From an uncultured bacterium (GTDB taxonomy: Bacteria > Patescibacteriota > Minisyncoccia > Phycocordibacterales > CAIRYW01), in the NCBI GenBank assembly GCA_903882905.1, contig CAIRYW010000027.1, positions 1,031 through 65,030 of the forward strand: 64,000 bases of DNA, given 5' to 3'. The notes under the pieces are model-generated. The model saw nothing but the letters and a program-made list of their open reading frames with translations, was not told the DNA's origin and searched no databases. The translations under genes were made by a program, and so were the position numbers. This document shows positions 55,794 to 64,000 of the stretch, piece after piece. How positions within the stretch are numbered: position 1 is the first letter of the stretch; each line of letters begins with the position of its first letter.

Positions 55794-56297
55794 TTATTTT
55801 CTTGGTTGAGTGTATTTTTGATGAACTGTTTCGTAATCGAAAAGTTCTGAGTCACTAAACCAGTGTGCGATTTCAAGTTTTGCTTCTTCAGCGTCTCCAG
55901 AAGCGTGAATAAGATTTGGAATTCCAATTTCATTTTTGTCAGCATGTCCAAAACTCATATGAGAATAATCTCCGCGGATTGTTCCAGGAAGTGCACTTTT
56001 TGGTTCTGTTGCTCCAACCATTTTTCTAACGAGTGACGCTGCTTCAATACCTTCAAGAACCATTGCAATTACAGGGCCTGTATTCATCATTGCAAGTGTT
56101 ACATCAAAAGCCTTTTGGCCACGTCGAGAAATCATCTTTCCAATATTTTCATAGTGGTGATAATAATGATCATATGATGGATGAATCATTTTTGCTCCAA
56201 CAATTTTTAGGCCAACTTTCTCAAAACGATTAAGAATTTCTCCTACGATGCCTCTTTGAACGCAATCTGGCTTAAATATGACTAGTGTTTTTTCCAT
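55794..56297 (-). CDS. ndk: Nucleoside diphosphate kinase
   Basis: …TLVIFKPD…, NLIHASGD-type active-site context. Confidence 0.85.
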   Translation of the reverse strand: MEKTLVIFKPDCVQRGIVGEILNRFEKVGLKIVGAKMIHPSYDHYYHHYENIGKMISRRGQKAFDVTLAMMNTGPVIAMVLEGIEAASLVRKMVGATEPKSALPGTIRGDYSHMSFGHADKNEIGIPNLIHASGDAEEAKLEIAHWFSDSELFDYETVHQKYTQPRK

Positions 56298-56573
56298 ATA
56301 GTTTTTTATGTCTTGTAATTAATTATGTACGAGCACTATACCAAATTTTTTTTCTTTCAGCCACAGGAGTTTTTTCTTTTTACAAAAGGGAACCCTTTAT
56401 AAAATTTGTGAAGGGGTTGACTGTTGATAAAATATTTTTTCTTTTACTCTATAAAACCCTTATGAAAAAAGACTTTCTTGATTTTATGTTTATTTATCCA
56501 CAACATACGCACCTTTTATCCACTTTTTTTATTGCGGAGCTTTAAAAAGAGTCCATACTGAATACAGGTTACG

Positions 56574-56685
56574 AAGCGGTATTGCCTTAACTTATGATCA
56601 AATTAGGGAGCACTACTTTCGGAAAGCTTTGGCTCTCCGTCGAATGCACCCACCTAACTTACGTTAGGCGCAATACCGCTAATCG
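56574..56685. ncRNA. Candidate structured ncRNA. Long-range stem gcggtattg/caataccgc enclosing local hairpins (cctaac ttac gttagg and others)
   Basis: GC-richer about 110-nt intergenic block with no ORF. Strand and identity undetermined. Confidence 0.25.
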
Positions 56686-56769
56686 TATCCGAAGAAAGAA
56701 TCTCTACTTGTTAGGGATTTTTTCTTTGCTTACTTTTTACTTAAAGTAAAAGTATAATATCCATACTTC

Positions 56770-57150
56770 ATGCCAAACAGAAATACATATCTTTTCTTGA
56801 GTCTCGGAATATTTTTATTACTCTTTATTGTTCATCTATTTGCAACGATGACGGGCTTGTATTGGATTTCTGGTTGGTTTGATAGTATTTCTCACTTAAT
56901 AGGCGGTTTTGGAATCTTTTTTGTTCTTGCTTACGTATTCTCTTTTAAAGGAAGATTTCCATCTTTCAGATCGGTGGTTGCGGTTTCTCTTTTGATAGGT
57001 GTCATATGGGAATTATTTGAGTTAAGATACGGTATAACTTCTATTTCAAGTCACAGGTATTCTTTTGATACATCAAGTGACTTATTTTTTGATATTGTTG
57101 GAGGATTTTTAGCTTTTTTAATTACAAAAAAATATGGACGATCAAAATAA
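56770..57150 (+). CDS. Hypothetical small integral membrane protein (4 TM)
   Basis: Hydropathy. No motif. Confidence 0.45.
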   Translation: MPNRNTYLFLSLGIFLLLFIVHLFATMTGLYWISGWFDSISHLIGGFGIFFVLAYVFSFKGRFPSFRSVVAVSLLIGVIWELFELRYGITSISSHRYSFDTSSDLFFDIVGGFLAFLITKKYGRSK

Positions 57151-58540
57151 AAAGAAAAGAAAATTAAAACTTACTTTTGCATCTGGTGCTACAACTGTTA
57201 CAGGAGCAAATTTTGTCTTAGAGACGATGCCAGAAGAGGGAAGTTCCGAGGAAAAAGTTTTTGTCATGGTTGATTGTGGACTTGTTCAAGGAGATGCAGA
57301 TCCAAGAGAAAATACAAAACCTTTTACATATGATCCTTCAAAAATAAATTATCTTTTAATTACTCACGCTCATATTGATCACATTGGGAGAATACCAAAA
57401 TTTGTTAAAGATGGTTTTAAAGGAAAAATTTTTTCTACAATTGAAACAAAAGAAATTGCACCGATTATGTTTAGGGATGCAGCAAACTTAATGCTTCATG
57501 AGGCAGAAAAAACAGGCAACCCTCCGCTTTATCTCGAAAGTGATATTAATGACGCAATGAATCTTTGGAAGGAAATTTCCTATCACGAATCCTTTAAACT
57601 ATCAGGGGGTTTTGAAGTTGAAGCAAAGGATGCTGGGCATATTCTCGGCTCGGCAATGTATGAATTTACTTACAACGGTACAAAAATAGTTTTCACGGGT
57701 GATTTGGGTAATTCTCCGTCACCTCTTCTTCGAGATACAGAAAAAATTATTGATGCAAATTATTTAATTATGGAAAGCGTTTATGGGGACAGAAATCATG
57801 AGACAACTAATGAAAGAAAGGATAAATTGGAAAATATTATTGAGGATAGTGTAAAAAGAGGAGGGACTTTAATTATTCCTTCTTTTTCATTAGAAAAGAC
57901 TCAAAACCTTTTGTTTGAAATGAATTCTCTGGTGGAAGAGAAAAGAGTGCCTGAAGTTCCAGTATTTCTTGATTCTCCTTTAGCTATGAAAGTGACAGAT
58001 ATTTACATGAAAGAAAGAAAAAACTTTAATGAAACTGCATTAGAGAAAATCAAAAATGGTGATGATTTATTCTTTTTTCCAAAATTAAAAATCATAAGGA
58101 GTGCTGAAGAAAGTAAGGAATTGATTAAAGAACCAAATCCAAAAATTATTATTGCCGGTAGTGGTATGTCTACAGGAGGAAGGATTTTACATCATGAGGT
58201 TAATTATTTACCAGATCCAAAAAGCACAATTCTTCTTACTGGGTATCAATCTTTTGGAACATTAGGTAGGCAAATTGCTAATCATCAAAAATCCGTAAAT
58301 ATTTTTGGAAATCGAGTTGCTGTAAATGCAGTTGTTGAAAGCATCGATGGGTATTCGTCCCATAAGGATTCGGATCATCTTTTAGAATTTGTAAGTTTCA
58401 CTAGAGACACTTTAAAAAAAGTTTTTCCAGTTATGGGAGAGCCAAAATCTTCTATGTTCCTTGCACAAAAAATTGAAGATTATTTAGGTGTTGAAACATA
58501 CCACCCAGAGGATGGGGAGTCTGTGATATTATCTTGTTAA
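57134..58540 (+). CDS. MBL-fold hydrolase of the beta-CASP (RNA-metabolising) family
   Basis: Metallo-beta-lactamase motif ITHAHIDHIG (HxHxDH). Downstream D/H ligands. beta-CASP-like C-terminal region. Confidence 0.65.
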   Translation: MDDQNKKKRKLKLTFASGATTVTGANFVLETMPEEGSSEEKVFVMVDCGLVQGDADPRENTKPFTYDPSKINYLLITHAHIDHIGRIPKFVKDGFKGKIFSTIETKEIAPIMFRDAANLMLHEAEKTGNPPLYLESDINDAMNLWKEISYHESFKLSGGFEVEAKDAGHILGSAMYEFTYNGTKIVFTGDLGNSPSPLLRDTEKIIDANYLIMESVYGDRNHETTNERKDKLENIIEDSVKRGGTLIIPSFSLEKTQNLLFEMNSLVEEKRVPEVPVFLDSPLAMKVTDIYMKERKNFNETALEKIKNGDDLFFFPKLKIIRSAEESKELIKEPNPKIIIAGSGMSTGGRILHHEVNYLPDPKSTILLTGYQSFGTLGRQIANHQKSVNIFGNRVAVNAVVESIDGYSSHKDSDHLLEFVSFTRDTLKKVFPVMGEPKSSMFLAQKIEDYLGVETYHPEDGESVILSC

Positions 58541-58568
58541 CTTTTTTAAAATTAATTAATTAAAACAA

Positions 58569-59204
58569 ATGGCAGATTCAGAGCAGAAAAATAACACAGA
58601 TATTTTGGATGAAAATAGGCATGGACATTTCGATATAAAAATTTGTGTTTCTGGGGCAGCAGAATTAAATCATTTAAATCCACGAGTCCATGATATTGCA
58701 AAAGAATTAGGAAAGCAGATTACTCTTCAAGGAGCAGCTATAGTAACGGGTGCAACAACAGGTTTTCCCTTTTGGGCAGCAATGGGGGCAAAAGAAGCAG
58801 GAGGAAAATCAATTGGATTTTCACCAGCTAAAAATGAAAAAGAACATGTTGAAACCTACAGATTACCTTTAGATTTTATGGATATCATTATTTATACAGG
58901 TTTTGGTTATCCTGGGAGAGATTTAGAACTTACACGTTCTTCAGATGGAATAATCATTGGTCCTGGTAGAATCGGAACTTTTCATGAATTCACTATTGCT
59001 TTTGAAGACGGTAAACCTATTGGTGTATTGACTAGTGATGATTGGGAAACAGACGAAATTATTAAAACAATTTTGGATAAAAGTAACAGGCAAACAGAGA
59101 ATCAGGTAATTTTTGACTCAGATCCAAAAATTTTAGTGGCAAAAATTATTGAAATGGTAAAGAAAAATAAAGTTAACGATACCTATAAAGATAAAGCGTA
59201 TTAG
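58569..59204 (+). CDS. Rossmann-fold LOG/TIGR00725-like (SLOG) protein
   Basis: …ICVSGAAE… GAAIVTGATTG… PGRIGTFHEF pattern resembles the LOG/DprA-like nucleotide-binding family. Weak. Confidence 0.35.
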   Translation: MADSEQKNNTDILDENRHGHFDIKICVSGAAELNHLNPRVHDIAKELGKQITLQGAAIVTGATTGFPFWAAMGAKEAGGKSIGFSPAKNEKEHVETYRLPLDFMDIIIYTGFGYPGRDLELTRSSDGIIIGPGRIGTFHEFTIAFEDGKPIGVLTSDDWETDEIIKTILDKSNRQTENQVIFDSDPKILVAKIIEMVKKNKVNDTYKDKAY

Positions 59205-59234
59205 GTAAACCGATAGGTAACTGTTTAAAGAAAA

Positions 59235-59267
59235 AGCACCGCCCTAGGTGGTGCTTTTTCTTTTTTT
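59235..59267. terminator. Bidirectional terminator (agcaccgccctaggtggtgct + T-run)
   Basis: Perfect 8-bp stem between convergent genes. Confidence 0.6.
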
Positions 59268-59293
59268 GTATATTGTTAACTTGAACTGGCTTC

Positions 59294-59638
59294 CTACATC
59301 ACTTTTTCAACAACTTTTTGGAAAGTAGATGGATTTTCTATCGCAAGAGCAGCGAGCATTTTTCTGTTTAGTTTGACGTTTGCTTTGTTCATCTTATCAA
59401 TGAACTTACTGTATGAAATACCTGCTGTTTTCAAAGGAATTGAAATAACAACTTGCCAATCTCCTCTTCTGTCAGCTTTTTTGTCTTTTCTGTGAGCAAA
59501 AGAATATCTGCCAGCGTGAACTATTGCCTCGTAAGCTTGTTTTTCTTTTGTTCCTCTGCCGAAACGATATCCTTTTACAGCTTTTAGGACATTTCTTCTT
59601 GTTTTGAGTGCGTTTACTCCTTTCTTAACTCTTGTCAT
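59294..59638 (-). CDS. rplT: Ribosomal protein L20
   Basis: MTRVKKGVNALKTRR…AYEAIVHAGRYSFAHRKDKK…. Confidence 0.9.
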   Translation of the reverse strand: MTRVKKGVNALKTRRNVLKAVKGYRFGRGTKEKQAYEAIVHAGRYSFAHRKDKKADRRGDWQVVISIPLKTAGISYSKFIDKMNKANVKLNRKMLAALAIENPSTFQKVVEKVM

Positions 59639-59670
59639 GTAAGTAGTGGTTAGTTATTAGTAATTAAAAT

Positions 59671-59853
59671 TTAAAAGTTTAAATATCTACGTTTCTCACC
59701 GGTGCTCATTGGAAAGTTTCCTTGCCTCTTTTTTTCTAGCTGCTTTCCTCTAGATTCTTTTGCATTGAAATGGTTTTGACCCGGCGCTCTGGCCTTGATT
59801 TTACCGTTTTTACTGACCTTCAATCTTTTTGAAAAAGACTTATTTGTTTTCAT
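59671..59853 (-). CDS. rpmI: Ribosomal protein L35
   Basis: 60-aa Lys-rich protein. MKTNKSFSKRLKVSKNGKI…. In the infC-rpmI-rplT order. Confidence 0.75.
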   Translation of the reverse strand: MKTNKSFSKRLKVSKNGKIKARAPGQNHFNAKESRGKQLEKKRQGNFPMSTGEKRRYLNF

Positions 59854-59995
59854 TTTTAATGCTTTATTTATGTATAATTTTAATCTTTGGCAAACCTACA
59901 AAAGCCAAGTTTTTAATGACTTTTACTTCAATCTCAATAAATAGATACTAGAAGAAGTTCGTACAATTCTACCTATATCTAGCTAAATGTCAACA

Positions 59996-60047
59996 AAAAC
60001 CAAGGACTGTCCTTAAATCTTCAGAAAGGACAGTCCTTGGTTTTTTA
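59996..60047. terminator. Terminator hairpin aaccaaggactgtcctt aaatcttcagaa aggacagtccttggtt + T-run (infC terminator). A member of the 'ccaaggac' palindrome family
   Basis: 16-bp stem. The left arm plus 'aaatcttca' matches 233-257. Confidence 0.65.
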
Positions 60048-60059
60048 AGGTTTAAATTT

Positions 60060-60566
60060 TTAGGATCTCTGTTTCTCGATTACGGCATTTAGGCCCTTTG
60101 GACCCCTTTTTGGTTCATCCATGGTGTAAGGCACAGATATAAGCTTCAGGATTCTATCAAGTCTTACTTTAAGGAAATTTGTATCTAGCATCTTTGATCT
60201 TCCTGTGAGAAATAGGTCTAATTTTACTTTGTGACCCTCAGTAAGCCATTCAGAGATTTTTTTTGCTTTAAGTATTAGATCGTGTTCTCCAGTACCAATT
60301 TTGATTTGAAGCGATTTTACTTCAGTGCTTTTTGATTTAGATTTTGCAACCTTTTGCTTTTTACTTTCTTGATATTGGTATTTTCCAAAATCTTGAATTT
60401 TTGCAATAGGAGGGAGTGCGTTAGGGGAGATTTCGATTAGGTCAAGTCCTGCATCTTTGGCTTTTGCCAACGCTTCTGCAAATGGCAACACACCTAGATT
60501 TTCTCCTTCTTCATCTATAACTCGGAGCTCTTTAGCTCGGATTTGATTATTTATTCGTGGTTCCAA
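60060..60566 (-). CDS. infC: Translation initiation factor IF-3
   Basis: …INNQIRAKELRVIDEEGENLGVL… and C-terminal domain. The start codon is uncertain; IF-3 commonly uses an atypical start. Confidence 0.85.
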   Translation of the reverse strand: MEPRINNQIRAKELRVIDEEGENLGVLPFAEALAKAKDAGLDLIEISPNALPPIAKIQDFGKYQYQESKKQKVAKSKSKSTEVKSLQIKIGTGEHDLILKAKKISEWLTEGHKVKLDLFLTGRSKMLDTNFLKVRLDRILKLISVPYTMDEPKRGPKGLNAVIEKQRS

Positions 60567-60729
60567 TTAATTTATTTACTCTAATTATTGGCAAAATATT
60601 AGCATGAATTTAGGTAGCTTACAATTAAAGCTAATTTTAATTAATTTACAAGCTGTGCATAACTTGTGTACATTCGGTGAATATCGGGTGTATAATTTGT
60701 GTAAATAAAAACCGCAACCCCTTACTCTA

Positions 60730-61003
60730 AAACATATGAATCCTTCTCCTAGCTCTTTGTTTGAAGACAGTTTGTTGGTTCGTTGCCTCCGTCAAGAGGA
60801 AAGAGAGATCGACAGCCCTCTCAACCTACTTGGCACTGCCCAAGTCATCCACGATGATCCTCATTCAAGACCAGGATCGTCAATCATCCACTACCTCGTC
60901 AGTGGAGGTCTCGGAAGACACCGGCATGCGTTTCTCGCAGCGCAACACAATTGACTCTGTTCTTTCATAGCGCCACGACTTCTCCTTGAAGTTCGCGGCA
61001 TTT
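60730..61003 (+). ncRNA. Candidate GC-rich non-coding segment ending in a plus-strand terminator-like hairpin (gccacgacttctccttgaagttcgcggc + T7)
   Basis: About 50% GC block between two minus-strand genes. Only weak overlapping ORFs of 69-72 aa. The terminator is oriented for plus-strand transcription. Confidence 0.25.
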
Positions 61004-61012
61004 TTTTGGAAA

Positions 61013-61894
61013 TTAATTACTTATTTTAATTTGATTTTCTGCATTCAAAACCATTTCAGCTTTTCCGTTGTAAGGCTTATTTGTTCCTGAAACTAAAATA
61101 GTTTTTCCAATATAGGTTGAAAGATTTTTAAAATTCTTAATGTTTTCTGAAAATATTACTACACTGAAAGGACAATTCTTGTAGCTAGAACAATAATCAA
61201 AAAAAGTCATTCCTCCTGTTGATTTATAAATATTTATTATTTTTCCTTTGACAGTAAGACTTTCTCCAATATGGTCGGGAGCTTCTTTGTAATCAATTAT
61301 TTTTGAATAATCTACAGGATTTGTTGTTGTGCTTGTTCCATTATTTACTACAAGTATTTTTTTCAAGATATTTTCATATTGGCTACGCAAATTTTCATTA
61401 GTTCCAACCTCAAGAACTTCGTCGTTTGCTGTTGTAGCAGAAGATGTCCAGTTATAACTTCCAGAAGCAAAAGCTTTTTCGCTGACAATAGTTTTAATAT
61501 GCATAATACCGTCTTGATGCTTTTCCGTTTCTATATTTATTCCCGCAGACTGAAGTTTTTCTATGATCGGTTTTTCGTATGGGTCGGTTGAGTTTACTCT
61601 GTCAGTTATTCCCTGAACAATTACTCCACGATTTTTTGCATTAATTAATGCATCGACAATATTTTCCTTTGTAAATTCATAAATAGCGAAGTAAATATAT
61701 TTTTGCGCTCCGTTAATAATGTTGATTATTTCTTGGTCATTTTGCATTTTGCCTAGACTATAGACAACTCGAGTATCACTTTGTTTAGAAGATCCTAAAA
61801 ATTTATGTCCAATAAAAATACCAACAAGCAAAATAGCAATTGCAATTCCTAAATAAATAATTTTTCTTTTGAAATCCGATCCTTTAGATTCCAT
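61013..61894 (-). CDS. Membrane-anchored phospholipase-D-family (HKD-motif) nuclease-like protein
   Basis: N-terminal TM. HKD-like MHIKTIVSEKAFASGSYNWT (H.K….[D/E]……GS.N). Confidence 0.6.
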   Translation of the reverse strand: MESKGSDFKRKIIYLGIAIAILLVGIFIGHKFLGSSKQSDTRVVYSLGKMQNDQEIINIINGAQKYIYFAIYEFTKENIVDALINAKNRGVIVQGITDRVNSTDPYEKPIIEKLQSAGINIETEKHQDGIMHIKTIVSEKAFASGSYNWTSSATTANDEVLEVGTNENLRSQYENILKKILVVNNGTSTTTNPVDYSKIIDYKEAPDHIGESLTVKGKIINIYKSTGGMTFFDYCSSYKNCPFSVVIFSENIKNFKNLSTYIGKTILVSGTNKPYNGKAEMVLNAENQIKISN

Positions 61895-61919
61895 ATAACA
61901 ATATTCTACACCATCTCAA

Positions 61920-61956
61920 ATTACCCAAGGACCGACCTATGGTACTTTATCCACAG
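61920..61956. repeat. 36-nt repeat attacccaaggaccgacctatggtactttatccacag (copy 2)
   Basis: 33/37 match to 36008-36043. It overlaps the ORF-track start of the Nudix gene. Confidence 0.65.
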
Positions 61957-62571
61957 GTAATTTATATGAGTTATAATTATGATGTGGAAATACAACGTCC
62001 AAAATCAAAGCAACCAATTCCAGAGAATGCTAAAAGGGTTTTTAGCGGAATTCTTTTTGATGTTTATCATTGGGAACAGGAACTTTACGACGGCACAAGA
62101 ACTATTTTTGAAAAACTGAAAAGACAGGATACTGTTGTTATTTTTGGAGTACTAGATAATGGAAATATATTACTTTCGGAACAAGAACAACCAGGGAAAG
62201 AACCTTTTATAGGCGGGCTCGGTGGAAGAGTCGAAAAAGATGAGGATGTTTTGACTGCTGCGAAAAGAGAATTTTTGGAAGAAAGTGGTTTTGAGGCAGA
62301 AAGATTTATTCTTTGGCGAGCAGAACATCCTACTTCCAAAATCGATTGGGTAATTTACACATTTGTTGCAAAGGGCTTAAAAAAAGTTTCAGATTTGAAT
62401 TTAGACGGAGGAGAAAAAATAAAAATCAAAGAAGTTTCTTTTGATAATTTTTTAGAAATTTCAAAGGAGCATAATTTTTCTGAAAAGGAGATAGTGATTG
62501 AACTTCAGGAAGCTGTTTATGACCCAAAGAAAAAGGAAGAGCTAAAAAAACTTTTTGATCCGAAGAATTAA
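61939..62571 (+). CDS. Nudix hydrolase
   Basis: Nudix box GGRVEKDEDVLTAAKREFLEESGF. The true start is possibly the internal MSYNYD at 61966. Confidence 0.75.
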   Translation: MVLYPQVIYMSYNYDVEIQRPKSKQPIPENAKRVFSGILFDVYHWEQELYDGTRTIFEKLKRQDTVVIFGVLDNGNILLSEQEQPGKEPFIGGLGGRVEKDEDVLTAAKREFLEESGFEAERFILWRAEHPTSKIDWVIYTFVAKGLKKVSDLNLDGGEKIKIKEVSFDNFLEISKEHNFSEKEIVIELQEAVYDPKKKEELKKLFDPKN

Positions 62572-62647
62572 TGTTTTACGAGTTAATTCGTCTGTATAGC
62601 TATGGTACAATTAGGAGCATAAAAGTTTAAGTGTCCTAAAAAATTTC

Positions 62648-64000
62648 ATGAATATTATTTCTATTAAAAAACGTATACCAAAATTTGCTAAAAACAAATA
62701 TTTTATTATTGGAGTAGTCGTTGTTGTGATTATTTTAATTTACTTATTCACGAGAGGTAAGAGTGCATCTGGAATTGAATCATCACCGGCCGCAATGGGT
62801 AATGTAATTGAAAAAGTAAGTGTTACGGGCACAGTAACACCAATTGGTAAGGCGGATTTGGCTTTTCAAAAAGGAGGAGTTGTTAGAGCTATAAATTTCA
62901 AAGTTGGGGATCAGGTAAAAAGAGGTGATGTTATTGCATCCTTAGATAGTGCTGATGATCGAGCAAATTTGGCTGGAGTACAGGCTAGTCTTGCTGATCT
63001 ACAAAGAGGTTTGCGTCCAGAAGAATTAGCTTTTGATCAATCAAATGTTAATAATGCTTCGACGACTTTGAATAATGCAAAAAGTGTTGCTTTGAATGCT
63101 TCTCGAGATGGTTACGTAAAAACGCAAAATGCAGTTTTTAATTATTCAGATAATTTCTTTAATAACGCACAGAGCTCAAATCCAACAATCAATATTCAAA
63201 CAGATTCTTATAATCAATCAAACAATTTGAATAACGAAAGATTGGTTGTTACCGACGCATTTAAAAATTGGAAATCAGATCTTGATTCTTCGTCTGGGAT
63301 TGGAGCAAGTAAATTACTTTCAAATTCGGAGAGTAATTTAAATACAATAAAAAATTTCTTGGGTGACGTATCTGCCGTAGTAAATAAATTAACACCAAAC
63401 GGATCATCTCTTTCTCAGGCGCAAATAGACAGCTATGTATCTGCGATGAATACAGCACTTTCAAACTTAAATACAGCTATTTCTTCTGTGACAAATGCAG
63501 ATACTGCACTTAAGAGTGCCTCTTCTGGATACGATCAAGCAGTTAATCAATTTGCAGTCCAAAAAGCTGGGTCATCACAGGATATGATTGATGCTGCTCA
63601 AGCAAAAGTTGACGCAGCACAAGCTGCACTTAATAAAGATAGTATATTTTCACCGATTGATGGACTACTTACAAAAGCTGATCCAAATGTTGGTGAGTTT
63701 GTTTCTCCAGGTGTAAATACTTTTGGAGTGATAAGTAACGGACAATTTAAAATTGATGCCTTTGTACCAGAAGCCGATATTGCAAAAGTTGCAATAAACA
63801 ATAGTGCGGATGTGACTTTAGATGCCTATGGATCGAACGTTATTTTTAAAGCAACCGTCACCGCAATTGATCCTGCTGAAACAGTGCTTCAAGGAGTTCC
63901 AACGTATAAAGTGACTTTGCAATTTATTCAAAAAGATGACCGTATTCGTTCGGGCATGACAGCAAATACTGATATTTTGACTCATGAAAAAGATAACGTT
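62648..64000 (+). CDS. Efflux-pump periplasmic adaptor (membrane fusion protein, HlyD/MacA-like), 3' partial (runs off the window)
   Basis: N-terminal TM. Biotinyl/lipoyl-like segment (VTGTVTPIGKADLAFQKGGVVRAINFKVGDQVKRGDVIASLD). Long coiled-coil. C-terminal beta-barrel segment (…PIDGLLTKADPNVGEFVSPG…). The open frame continues to the window end. Confidence 0.65.
   Translation, partial: MNIISIKKRIPKFAKNKYFIIGVVVVVIILIYLFTRGKSASGIESSPAAMGNVIEKVSVTGTVTPIGKADLAFQKGGVVRAINFKVGDQVKRGDVIASLDSADDRANLAGVQASLADLQRGLRPEELAFDQSNVNNASTTLNNAKSVALNASRDGYVKTQNAVFNYSDNFFNNAQSSNPTINIQTDSYNQSNNLNNERLVVTDAFKNWKSDLDSSSGIGASKLLSNSESNLNTIKNFLGDVSAVVNKLTPNGSSLSQAQIDSYVSAMNTALSNLNTAISSVTNADTALKSASSGYDQAVNQFAVQKAGSSQDMIDAAQAKVDAAQAALNKDSIFSPIDGLLTKADPNVGEFVSPGVNTFGVISNGQFKIDAFVPEADIAKVAINNSADVTLDAYGSNVIFKATVTAIDPAETVLQGVPTYKVTLQFIQKDDRIRSGMTANTDILTHEKDNV

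Noticed and set aside
60736-60970. Two overlapping 69-72-aa plus-strand ORFs in the GC-rich block between infC and the PLD-like gene
   Set aside because: There is no RBS. The products are Ser/Arg/Pro-rich and look like random translation of GC-rich DNA. It was kept only as a candidate non-coding/foreign segment.

Overview
The sequence is AT-rich (about 35% GC) with standard stop codons, and its gene content and order point to a small-genome Patescibacteria/CPR-type bacterium. The ribosomal-protein cluster (rpsJ through secY, adk, map) is recognisable but lacks rpmD/L30 and is interrupted three times by accessory gene blocks. The standout feature sits inside a type IV pilus/competence-pilus locus, between pilB and pilC: a complete diversity-generating retroelement (DGR). 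A 139-bp template repeat (TR, 4381-4519) matches a variable repeat (VR, 3927-4065) at the 3' end of a 625-aa gene. By my hand alignment there are 24 mismatches, all at TR adenines, which is the hallmark of DGR mutagenesis. The TR is followed by an Avd-like four-helix-bundle gene on the opposite strand and a reverse transcriptase (RT) carrying the DGR-specific 'LGNLTSQ' motif. A (GA)n microsatellite lies in the overlapping 5' ends of avd and the RT. Other notable content includes a Fic (AMPylase) + Kazal-inhibitor + membrane S1 protease island inserted between rplB and rpsS. An 830-aa surface protein is inserted between rplE and rpsN. A two-component system and sigma factor are inserted between secY and adk. 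A prephenate dehydratase / prephenate dehydrogenase / ACT gene is split by a single in-frame TAA. There are several GC-rich, apparently foreign islets and several families of repeated palindromic intergenic elements. No rRNA, tRNA or CRISPR array was found.
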